Shown here piece by piece: positions 51,951 to 61,596 of a stretch of 64,000 bases of DNA. The translations under genes and the position numbers were made by a program. The DNA lies in assembly GCA_045863235.1 (NCBI GenBank), contig BTUM01000013.1, forward strand, positions 1 to 64,000, written 5' to 3'. The DNA is from Candidatus Xenobia bacterium (GTDB lineage: Bacteria > Vulcanimicrobiota > Xenobia > Xenobiales > QWHO01). Positions within the stretch are counted from its first letter, which is position 1. Every line of letters begins with the position of its first letter. The notes under the pieces are model-generated. The model had not been told where the DNA came from and made no database searches. It worked only from the letters and a program-made list of their open reading frames with translations.

Positions 51951-53514
51951 CAGGTCGACGGCCTGGGCCTGGTCGAGCTAACTCCTGAGCGCAGGCGCTT
52001 CCTGGAGCAGCGCCCCGACCTGCTGCAGCAGCCTGTCTCCGAGGTGCCGGTCCCCGAGAGCATGCGCCACCTTCCTCGGTCTTCTTCAGCTGGGAAGAAA
52101 GCCGCCGATCGGGAGGGCCTGAGCAGTCTCCAGCAAGGCTACCAGGGAAGTTCAGCCGATCACCTCGCCGGTTACGAGGGATCTGAGATGTTCTCGCGGG
52201 CCGCCCAGCGAGCTCTGACCCCCGTTTTCCAGGCGCTCCTGACCCCTGACCAGGGTCGATCTGACATCCCGAACCCTTTCGACGCTCAGGATCTTCGCGA
52301 GTTGGTCGCGCCCGAAGGGCAGGGGAAATATCAGACCTATCGCGAGTTTGCTGGCCTGGAGCAGGGTGCACCCTATGCCAGCGGGGGCACACTGCCGCCA
52401 CCCGCCACCGCACACGAGCGCCTGCAACGAGAAGCGCTGGTGACCCTGGCGGAGATGCTCACTCCTGACGTAGATGCGATCACAGAGGTGGCCACCGCGG
52501 GAGCGCCCTCGCTACTGAAGAGACTGGGCCGCACTGCCTCGAGGATGTCCCGCGGCCGAGCTCTCAGCCGCCTGCAGCCCAGCGTTCCCCGGGGACAGGT
52601 TCAGGAGATGGTCGACGCTGCGGCGACAGGGGCGCCCGTCCAGGTCGCAAGCCCCCAGGTTCAGGCTCGACTCGAGCGACAAGCCGACCTGGCCGCCGAC
52701 ACCGAGACACCGGCCCGGCCGCTGGCGCAGTTGGCCGAGACTGAACGGCAGCTTGCTCAACCGCGACCGAGGCCGGCGGGCCCTAAGAGTGCCTACGAGC
52801 TCCGCAGGGAGCTGAGACGCTCCCGAACTGCCGACGATCCCAATGTTGCTTTCGATGAGTTCACAGAGAGCCTCCAAACGAGGGCACCGGATGACCCGAA
52901 TGATGCCTTCGACCGCTATGCCGAGGGGTTGAGCAGGGCCGCGAGTGGTTCCGCCCGGTCGGAGGAAAGTCCCTTCTTCCCCTCGCCCGAGTTTGAAGGA
53001 ATGGGCCCCCAGGGCTCGAGCGCGCTCGAGTTGTCTCACGCCACCCGGCCCGACGGCGAGATGGTTCGCCCGGAACTCTCGCTCGAAGACCTCGAGCTGC
53101 GCCTGAATCGGCCCAGAGCAGAACCAGAAGCGCCGGCCCTTCCGGCCCCCCGCCCGCCCCGGCGGCGCCAGGCTCGCAAGCCCCTTATCCAGGAGATCCT
53201 CGAGGAAGTGGACCAGGTCGACACGTCACGTGTCTCTCCCGCCGAGGAAGCTCGAGCCCGGGTTGAGGTGGTCTCCGACCTGTCCGATACCGAGGCCGCG
53301 ACAACAGCACCCACCGTCAGCCCCGAGCAGACGCGCGCCTGGGCCCGGACCCTTTCTCGTTGGGACCAGCTCCAGCAGCCCCATCTGGTGGCCGCCCGTC
53401 AGAGTGGCCAGGATGTCAACGCCGTCCGCGAGTGGTTCCGCTCAGTCGAGCCGCCGGAAGTCTCCGAGGCCCGCACCCGGCTTGAGCAGCACCTCGCGGC
53501 CCAGAACGCCCCCA

Positions 53515-53681
53515 CTCCGACCCGGGTCGACCAGGTGGACCCACCGATACCTCGGGCAGCCCCGACCGGGCCCAATGTCGATCAGGTGGTCCCGCCCCTA
53601 CCGGCCGCTCGAGCTGCTGACCCGGTCGCTCCGACCCGGGTCGACCAGGTGGACCCACCGATGCCTCGAGCAGCCCCGACC
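53515..53681 (+). repeat. 53-bp direct repeat (2 mismatches) encoding PTRVDQVDPP(I/M)PRAAPT
   Basis: 53515-53567 and 53629-53681. Confidence 0.85.
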
Positions 53682-56600
53682 CGGCCAACCCTCGACCAGG
53701 CTGCCCGGACGGCGCCGAGCGCGGCCGACCAGTGGCAGTCCCTTCGAGCCCCCGACTACGTTCGCCCCGAGGGCGGTGGCCGGCGTATCAAGCTCACCCA
53801 ACGGGACAAAGTCTGGTGGCCGACATGGACGCCCGAGCAGCGCCGCAACGTCCTGGGCAGCCGAGGCCGGGCTCGGGTCGGCATGGACTTTGAGCCTGAC
53901 GCGGCCGGCGTGAGGCTCGCACCCGACGAGCCGCCAACCGGGGGGACGACGCCCCGAGGCTCTCGTGCTGCAGCGGCCCAGCAGAGACTGGATGAGGCTG
54001 GCGAGTATCTGGCCCAGAAGAGGGCGGCTGCCGCCGAGGCGGCCAGCAGCGGACGCTTCCGGGAGCAAGCGGCTCGCGAGCTGGCTCAGGCCGAAGAAGA
54101 CCTGGAAGTCGCCAAGAACCAGTTCAACAGTTCAATCGCCTCGTATAGCAGGACGAGGCGCGCCCGCCCAGGACGGCCTCCGATCTGCGACGCGAGATGG
54201 CTCAGAGTCGGGGGAGCGAGGTCGATATTCTCGCCTCGACAAACCGAGACACGCTGAACCTCGAGCAGGCCAGACAGCGCCTGGGTGGGCCTGAGCAGAA
54301 GGAGATGCTCAGGCAGTACCGGGCTATCGATGAGAGCGAAGGGATCGGTCGGGTTGAGTACCTATCGCAGCTCGGTGTCTACGAGGATTCAGTGGAGAAC
54401 ATGGCCATCTCGCGGATCCATGGAAGGGTGCACGACGAGTCGTTGATGCGGGCCGCAGCGAAGCGAGGCACTATCGACCCGACGGACCCACAGAAGGAAG
54501 TCGCCTTCTGGCACAGTGGAGACCGCCGCTCCGGCCTCAGTCACCAAGACCCTCAAAGATACCGGTCGGCTCATCGCTTTGTCTTCTCAGCCCCGGACGG
54601 GATGACCCTGGAGGACTTCCACAGAATTCTGGGGAAAAGGTTCACCAGCTACACGTTCGACGATTCAAACGGCCTGCGAGCGCTTGTGGTAACCTCCTAC
54701 GACAACGCGGCCGAGATGCGGAAGGTCCTCAATGAGTTCGAAGAGTTCATCGATGCGAACGGCTTCCGACTGGAAGCGGCCGACGACGGCTACTTCCGAC
54801 GAGTCTTCCGGGACGAGTATGAAGGGATCCTCAGGGCCGACCCTGGAGGAGATGCGCCTCGCCCGCGAGGAGATTCTGGGCCACCTGCTCCCCAAGGACC
54901 GAAAAGCACCAGAGGGCCACCTGGTGGAGATGTACGGCAAAGGGACGGCTCCGGCCCCCGAGTAGGCCAGGACGCCGGCCCCTCCGGCGGACCCGCCCCG
55001 AGCTACACCGTCGACGGTCAGCGGGTCGAGCTGGCTGGCATCCAGACCCACCCCCTCCACCCGAGTTCGCTCGTCCGCCTGGCCAAGGAGCTGAGCGGGA
55101 AGGTCGAAGTCTCCGAGGCCCTCCAGGAGCTGGGCCGGCGCATGGGCGGCCGGGTGCGCGGCCGAGTGAAGGGCCGCAACATTGAGCTTGAGCCCGGGGT
55201 CTGGCGGGACCCGAAGGAGGCGGCGCGGGTTCTGGGCCACGAGATCGGCCACCTGCCCGACTGGGTCCCGAACATGGACCCCGAGACCATGGGGGGGCGG
55301 GTCAGCCAACTGCGCAGTAAGATGCGCGCCCACTTTCGGTCTATGTCGCAACCGATGCGCGCCGAGCTGCTCGAGCTCTCCAAGTGGTGGCGCCCGTTCG
55401 ACGAGCAACAGGCGACGAAAGACTACATGCGTTACCGAGAGGACCCCGAGGAGCTCTTCGCCGACGCTATCAGCCTGCTGCTGAACAACCCGGCCGAGCT
55501 GCGCCAGCGCGCCCCGCTGTTCTGGGCCCAGATGGAGAAGTTCCTGTCCGACAACAAGGAGATGCAACAGCTCCTGGCGCGCGCCTTCGACGAGATGAGC
55601 GGCACCATGGACGACCTGGCCGAGGGGCTGCACCACCGGATCACCGCCGCCTGGGCCGACGGCGATGCCTTCCTGCAGGACCTGGCCCACGCGGCCGAGC
55701 TGCGCAAGATGAGCCTGTGGGAGCGGCTGCGTCAGCAATGGCAGGCAAAAAAGCACCAGGCTGAGCGCGACTTCTCCGACCGGGGCGCCTACCTCAAGCG
55801 TCGGGCCGAGGAGCTGCGCAAGCAGGGCAAGGAGATCCCTGTTGATCTCGACCCCACTGTGAGTTCAACCTGGCCGGCAACAAGCTCTGGGTGGCCAGCC
55901 GCGACTGGAAAGACAACGTCATGGACGTGCTCGAGCAGGCTGACCTGGCCGGGTTCGACCTGGGCAGCTACATGCTCAATCAGGCGGCCACAAGCGGCTC
56001 CCTGCGCGGCGTGGCGCTGCCCGAGGGACTGACGGCCGACCTGGCCGCCCTGGACCGGCTGACTCGCGGGATGTCCCCCGAGCAGGTGCAGGCGGTCGAG
56101 CGGGCCGCCCGGGGAGCCCGAGACGTCTTCTACCACGCCCTGCGAGACGGGGTGGAGGCGGGCACCATCAGCCGCGAGATGGCCGAGCAGCTCGAGGCCA
56201 CGCGTGACTTCGTGCCTCTGGCCGCTCGCGAGATGAGGGGACGCATCCCCGAGGAGATCAGGCTCCAGACCCGGGGCACCCTGGACTCTATCCGCGACCC
56301 TGCGGTGGCCCTGCTCCACGACGCGCTCGAGTTGCACAACCTGAACACCTCCAACCACGCCAAGCTGCGCGCCACCCGGTTCGCCGAGCTGGCGGGCGAC
56401 CCGGTGGTGGAGCTGGCCGAGGGTGCAAAGCCACCCCGGGGCCTCGAGCCCCTGGAGGTCTACCAGAACGGCCAGGTCAAGCGCTATGCGGTGGCCCCGG
56501 ATCTGGCCGAGGTCTTCCAGCGGGTGGAGCTCGGGCCCATCAAGCTCTGGACCGACTTCCTGACCCAGGAGGACAACCTGTTTCGCTGGCTCTGGATCGC

Positions 56601-57011
56601 GGCCAGCCCGATGTTCCACGCTAAGAGCTTCGTGCGCGACCTGTTGCGCTACGTGCGCAACATGTCGTCCCTGGGCCACCTGCGCTGGTGGGACCCGACC
56701 AACATCGTTCGGGCGCTCGGAGACTACGCCAGTGTGATCCGCCCGGCCCTGGCCTACGCCTTTGATGCCTCCGACCTGGCCCGATTCGGGTTCAGCCCTC
56801 GGCAGATCGACGAGTCGAAAGCGCTGGTGCGCCAGGCTATCGACGAGTTCGCGCTGGTCCCACCCGAGGACAGCATCGCCGCTCAGATCGCCGGCAACCT
56901 GACCAGCGGGCGCGAGCAGCTGGCCCGCTACTTCGACCCCAACGCGGCCGAGCAAACCCGTGGCACCATGAGGATCATCATGAGGATCCTGGCCCGTCCC
57001 ATCATATCGGC

Positions 57012-57147
57012 TGGCCAGGTGCTCGAGAGCACCCGTGGCATCCTGGGCCGTCGCATCACCCAGGCTGGCCGTCGCATCACCCAGGTTGGCCAGGTGCTCG
57101 AGAGCACGTCCATCACCCAGGTTGGCCAGGTGCTCGAGAGCACGTCC
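57012..57147 (+). repeat. Nested in-frame tandem duplications (21 bp and 36 bp)
   Basis: 57076-57111 equals 57112-57147; 57046-57066 is near-identical to 57067-57087; third partial copy at 57012-57032. Confidence 0.85.
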
Positions 57148-58298
57148 AAGCTCGCCGCCTACCGTCGCATCGCCCGCCAGGGGCGCGTCTCGGTGGCCGA
57201 GCGAGCGGCCCATATCCGCGACTACGTAGGCATGCCGAACACCACCATCTCCGGCCGCCTGACCCCCATCAGCAATCGGCTCTTCATGTTCAGCAACGTG
57301 GCCCTGCAGGGCTGGAAGGCCGACCTGCGCCTCCTGAGCAAGCCCAGTTCGGCTCTGGGTGCCTGGACCCAGATGTTCTACCAGACCCTCTGGCCCACCG
57401 TGGCCATGAGCGCCGGGCTGGCCGGGCTGTTCGGCCGCGACGTGCAGGTCGCGCTCGAGGCCATCCCCGAGCGCGACCGGGAGGGCTCGTTCGTGATTCC
57501 CCTGGCCGTCCTGACCGGCGGTGAGCACGGCCAAGCCACCGGCTATCTGTCCATCCCGCTCGACCCCACGGCCAAGTTCTTCCGGGTGGCCACCTCGCGC
57601 GTGCTCAACCAGCTCGCCGGCGTCGACCCGCGGCCGATGGAGAGCACCATCGGAGCGCTCTTCAAGAGCGTGGTGGACGAGATCCCATCCGGCAGCCCCT
57701 CCATGGCTCTGGCCGCCAACTGGGTAAGCATCATGGCCGGCGAGAACCCGACCGACAGCTTCGGGCGGCCTGTGCTGACCTCGAGCGAGCAGGACGCTGG
57801 CTGGCAGGCCCGCACCAAAGGGACGCTGCGCTACACCGCCGGCCAGTTCGGCCCGATTGGCAAGGGCCTCTCCAGGCTGCTGGGTCCCTACAAGCCGGGT
57901 CGCAACGACGAGGGCATTCTGGCCTGGGCAGCCAGTATGCCCGGGCTGAACGACTACATCAAGATCTCCGATTACGGCTACTCCGAGCAGCAGCGCCTGC
58001 GCCGCGAGCTCGACACGCAGGCTCGGGCTCGACGCAAGGAGAGCTACGGGGCCAAGACCCGCTACCTCTACGACGAGATGAACCGGCTCAAGCGCCTGGG
58101 CGGGCAACGCACCGCCCAGCAGACCCGGGCTTACCAGTTCCTGGACGTGTTCGAAGGCCAACTGAAGGCCGTGGACGAGCAGGTCGCCCGGCTTGAGACG
58201 GTCGGCAAGCACCGCCAGGCTCAGGCATTGCGCCAGCGCTTTGAGCGCAGCCAGGCCGAGGGGATGGCTGCGGCCTACAACCGACTGACCAGGAGGAG

Positions 58299-58571
58299 GT
58301 GACAACGATGGAGGACACGACTCAGACCACGATCGTGGGGGCAATCTGCGGCCTGCTCGGCACCCTGGCCGGCGGGTTCGGCCAGCGCTGGCTCTCCAAC
58401 AGCCACCAGCTCCGCTCGAGTGAGATCGAGTATCTGCGCACCCAGCTGGCCGAGCTGCGCGCGGACTACGACGCCCTGCGTGCCGACTACGACGCCCTGC
58501 GAGACAGCCTGGCCGCGGCCCGGCTCGAGCTGGCGCTGGCGCGCCGGGAGATCGCCAAGATGAGAGAGTAG
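58299..58571 (+). CDS. Holin-like protein (single TM helix plus coiled coil)
   Basis: N-terminal hydrophobic helix, LRADYDA heptad duplication, AGGAGG RBS, directly before the endolysin. Confidence 0.55.
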   Translation: MTTMEDTTQTTIVGAICGLLGTLAGGFGQRWLSNSHQLRSSEIEYLRTQLAELRADYDALRADYDALRDSLAAARLELALARREIAKMRE

Positions 58572-58579
58572 GAGGCCCC

Positions 58580-59122
58580 ATGCCACTCGTGAAGCCAACC
58601 ATCGTCACTCGCGCCCAGTGGGGGGCGCGCCAGGCCGACGTGGCGCTCTATGACGCCACAAACGAGACCGACCTGGCCAAAATCTACACCCGGCTGACCG
58701 TCCACCACGAAGCCCGCCCCGCTCCCGAGCGCATGACGCTCGAGCAGGGCAAAGCTCGCATGCGGGAGATCCAGGCCCAGCACCAGGCCCAGGGGTGGTC
58801 CGACGTGGGCTATCACTACGTCATCGACCGCGCAGGTCGCATCTACTCCGCCCGCACCCTGTTCGGGCCGGGGGCCCACGTGGCTGGCCGGAACACCGGG
58901 AACCTGGGCATCTGTCTCATGGGTGCCCTGCACCAGCAGCCGCCCACCCTGGCTCAGGTAGAATCCCTGATAGACCTGATGGCCTGGTTCTGCCACCGCC
59001 TGTCTATCAGCCCGGACCAGATCCAGGGCCACCGCGACCACCTGGCTACCGAATGCCCGGGTGAGCACCTCTACCGGATGTTGCCGGAGATCCGCACGCA
59101 GGTGCGACTTTTGCTCCCCTGA
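58580..59122 (+). CDS. N-acetylmuramoyl-L-alanine amidase (PGRP/T7 lysozyme-like endolysin)
   Basis: IVTR.QWGA, TVHH, WSDVGYHY.I, GAH, GHRD...T.CPG. Confidence 0.9.
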   Translation: MPLVKPTIVTRAQWGARQADVALYDATNETDLAKIYTRLTVHHEARPAPERMTLEQGKARMREIQAQHQAQGWSDVGYHYVIDRAGRIYSARTLFGPGAHVAGRNTGNLGICLMGALHQQPPTLAQVESLIDLMAWFCHRLSISPDQIQGHRDHLATECPGEHLYRMLPEIRTQVRLLLP

Positions 59123-59123
59123 G

Positions 59124-59146
59124 CCTGTGTACCAATTTGTGTACCA
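59124..59146 (+). repeat. Putative integrase arm-type sites (tandem TGTGTACCA)
   Basis: CCTGTGTACCAATTTGTGTACCA. Confidence 0.65.
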
Positions 59147-59248
59147 CCTGGACGCACACGGGGGAGTTTCTCGCGCAAGTCGCTCGAACATTTTGCGTCG
59201 TTACAGGATCCTCGCGCCTGGAAGACCATTCGCCTGGCCTGGCACTTA

Positions 59249-59261
59249 ACAATTAGTTAAC
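59249..59261 (+). repeat. attR core ACAATTAGTTAAC
   Basis: Identical to 48451-48463; lies within TTAAC-aatta-GTTAA dyad. Confidence 0.85.
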
Positions 59262-59335
59262 AAGGCAGGCGTTTACCAACTTTTGCCGTGTCGTGAGATC
59301 CGGGTCAATAGACAACATCGAGGAGGACCAGGTCC

Positions 59336-59848
59336 ATGATGGTAGGAGCGTTTGCGGTAGCCGGGGCGGGGAGTCTGCAAGAGAATCGCTTTGGGGGGCA
59401 GTGCTGCGGTCAGCAGAACCCGCTCAAGCAGATGCTTCGGACCTTGATGCAGGTGCTGCGGGGCCTGACCGGTCAGCCGGGTTGCGGTCCGCAGGGCCCC
59501 CACGGTCACCACTGCTTCAACCAGCAGAACCCGAACTTTGGACACGGTGTCTTCGCCCAGGCGGGCGTCGGCAATGGCGGAGCATTCGCGGCCGCCGGCG
59601 CGGGCGGCCACGGGATCAGCGGCGGCCTGGCGGCCCGCGATCCTTTCGGGGGCGGAATCGCCGCCTCTCACGCAGCAGGCGAAGGGGGGCTGGCACACAG
59701 CCTGGCCATCAAGGACCCGTTTGGCGGTGGCATCTCGCTGGCCGGGGCGGCAGGCAAAGGCGGCCTTTCCCATTCGCTGAGCATCAAGCTGCCCTTCGGT
59801 GGGCCTTCCCTGAGCCTGGGGGGGGCCATCGGCGGACTGCTCGGCTAA
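59336..59848 (+). CDS. Gly/Ala-rich hypothetical protein with internal repeats
   Basis: GAGGAGG RBS; three PFGG-containing repeats of about 26 aa. Confidence 0.65.
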   Translation: MMVGAFAVAGAGSLQENRFGGQCCGQQNPLKQMLRTLMQVLRGLTGQPGCGPQGPHGHHCFNQQNPNFGHGVFAQAGVGNGGAFAAAGAGGHGISGGLAARDPFGGGIAASHAAGEGGLAHSLAIKDPFGGGISLAGAAGKGGLSHSLSIKLPFGGPSLSLGGAIGGLLG

Positions 59849-59872
59849 GTCATCGGGCGCTTTCTTGGAGAG

Positions 59873-59901
59873 GAAGAGACGGGTCTGACCCGTCTCTTTT
59901 T
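59873..59901 (+). terminator. Intrinsic terminator
   Basis: AAGAGACGGGT-ctg-ACCCGTCTCTT followed by Ts. Confidence 0.75.
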
Positions 59902-60517
59902 ACAGACGCACCTGCATGCCGAAGCGCTCGATCAAGCTTTCCAGAAAGGAGAGGAGGTCGGGTAGCTCCACCGGACGCAGCAGGCCCTCCGGGAGCCTGG
60001 TCGGTCGGGACCGGGCCAACTGCACTGCCAGCGCTGACGGGGTCAGACCCAGGTCTTTGGAAGCCGCTCCCTTTGCGGCTGCCAGGAGATCGACCCGATA
60101 TCGCTCGAGAAAGTAGAGGTCCACCAGCAGGCTGACCTGGGCGCCGCTGGCCAGGCGCAGCAATCGGTCAGCCGCCAGGTCCTCCAGGGAATCGGCCTGG
60201 ATCCCATTCTCCATGGGCTTGCTGGTTTCGAGCACGTGGGCATGGTCCACCATCAAGTCGACCTCTTCATAGCGGATGAAGCCGGGGAGAACCTGGCGGG
60301 GCTGGCTGGTGACCTCGCTCTGAAGCCGGTCGAGCGCCTCCTGGCTGGTGAGCACCACCTCCACTCGGTCCACCTGACGATGGTGAAACCAGAAGCCGGC
60401 AAGAGCAGCTTCTCCGCCCACGAATCGCTCGCTCTGGCCGGGTAGATACATCTGGATGAACGCCCAGGCCCGAGGAGGGAGCAACTCGGGGTTCCAGCCC
60501 AGCGGACGGCTCATCAA
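59900..60517 (-). CDS. AbiEii-like nucleotidyltransferase-fold protein, degenerate
   Basis: F.GG.AALA.F..HHR; DS.EDLAA..L...DLYFL; A..KD.GL.P..LA. Confidence 0.55.
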   Translation of the reverse strand: MMSRPLGWNPELLPPRAWAFIQMYLPGQSERFVGGEAALAGFWFHHRQVDRVEVVLTSQEALDRLQSEVTSQPRQVLPGFIRYEEVDLMVDHAHVLETSKPMENGIQADSLEDLAADRLLRLASGAQVSLLVDLYFLERYRVDLLAAAKGAASKDLGLTPSALAVQLARSRPTRLPEGLLRPVELPDLLSFLESLIERFGMQVRL

Positions 60518-60630
60518 ATGGGCGTGGGAGCCGTTGTCACGGCTCCCACCTGGGTGACTCGATATGTTGGGGCGCGGAACACTTCAGGGTTTGTTCGACA
60601 TCCCTCCTGTCCTTTTACTTTTTCATTCGG

Positions 60631-61086
60631 TCAGATGCTTTCCAGCGAGCGGAAGCGCTTGGTGAAGTCGCGGATCTTCTCGCGCTCGAAGAAGCTGCAC
60701 ATCAAGGCCAGCTCGCCCCGGCACTCGCCTTCCACGATGAGGGCCGAGGTTACCCGGGCTTCCATCTCCAGCGTGCAGTGTCCGAGCAGAATCTGCAGAT
60801 GCATCTCGTCACCCACCCCGAAGCGCGTGTCGCTTCGAAAGTTGACCCGGGCGGGGGAGAGCAGGTTGGTCATGAGACGAACCGGTTCGGCATCCCAGGG
60901 CCGCTGGCCCATCATAATCAGGATGCGGTCCACCTTGGTCATCGGGACAAAATCGTCGGCGGGAGAGCTGGCCAGGCTCGCTTTGACGGGAGTCGCGACG
61001 GAGCGCGCCGGTGTCGGGAGGCCTTTGAGCTGGTGAATCAGCTCCATAGCTTGACGGGCCTTGCGCCCGAAGAATCCTGTCATCAT
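60631..61086 (-). CDS. Hypothetical protein, possible PilZ-like beta barrel
   Basis: GAGGTG RBS; NL.S....F.S...F.VGD...L.I......EARV pattern. Confidence 0.45.
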   Translation of the reverse strand: MMTGFFGRKARQAMELIHQLKGLPTPARSVATPVKASLASSPADDFVPMTKVDRILIMMGQRPWDAEPVRLMTNLLSPARVNFRSDTRFGVGDEMHLQILLGHCTLEMEARVTSALIVEGECRGELALMCSFFEREKIRDFTKRFRSLESI

Positions 61087-61166
61087 AAATCACCTCTGCG
61101 AGAAGCTGGGGGAGGTTTTGTGTCCTCAGTATAGCCTGGTGACGGCTCTCGCGTCTGTGAGCGGGA

Positions 61167-61595
61167 TCACATGTCCTCCAGCACTGAGAGTCGCAGGCTG
61201 GCCACGATCGTCTCCAGGGCCGGGCGGTGACTGTCCTGGAACTCGGCCGGGCAGTTATAGGAGAGCAGGGCCCAGGTGGCTTGATTCCCCACCACCCAGA
61301 GTTGCCAGAAGTGCTCTCCCTCGGTGTATCGATAGGAAACCCCCTGGCTTCCATCGGCCTGGATGCTGGTCAGAGCGTCGGCAGCCACAGGGCGTCCTCG
61401 CAGGGTGAGAAAGCCCGCCAGCATCCGGGAGAGATTGGGAAGCCGGGTAGGGTCCTCCACCGCCTGGGCAGAGATGACCAGGGCGCCGGGCGCGCCCGGG
61501 GGGACGGCCGCTCCCCCGTCGGGCTCGTTGTGCCAGCCCCAACCGGGCGGAAGGTCGAGGGCGAAGAGCCCGGTCGGATGGACGATCTCCAACAT
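61167..61595 (-). CDS. Hypothetical protein (PsbP/DUF3805-like fold possible)
   Basis: F.L.LP.GW...GAL.ISA...W..W...SYN...I..SL. Confidence 0.55.
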   Translation of the reverse strand: MLEIVHPTGLFALDLPPGWGWHNEPDGGAAVPPGAPGALVISAQAVEDPTRLPNLSRMLAGFLTLRGRPVAADALTSIQADGSQGVSYRYTEGEHFWQLWVVGNQATWALLSYNCPAEFQDSHRPALETIVASLRLSVLEDM

Positions 61596-61596
61596 G

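Larger units (their letters stand above)
51951..58302 (+). pseudogene. Giant polyvalent-type phage protein, 5'-truncated, split by two frameshifts (ORFs 52044-54257, 54197-56032, 55891-58302)
   Basis: Contiguous coding-like sequence across frame changes near 54146 and 55855; HEIGH...EELFAD zincin-like motif; C-terminal region resembling LPD38. Confidence 0.6.
48451..59261. mobile_element. 10.8 kb integrated phage-derived element (defective prophage or satellite-like)
   Basis: Flanking 13-bp direct repeats, integrase, repressor, giant phage-type protein, holin-like gene, endolysin. Confidence 0.85.

Noticed and set aside
54140..55870. Programmed frameshifting in the giant gene
   Set aside because: No slippery heptamer or homopolymer run at either junction; mutation or sequencing error is more likely.
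57012..57147. Possible CRISPR array or DGR variable repeat
   Set aside because: Repeats are contiguous, in frame and lack unique spacers; no cas or reverse transcriptase gene and no adenine-specific differences.
55789..58608. 939-aa minus-strand ORF
   Set aside because: Antisense shadow of the giant protein gene.
59240..59265. Possible dif site
   Set aside because: Does not fit the 11-6-11 XerC/XerD layout; better explained as the att core duplicated at 48451.
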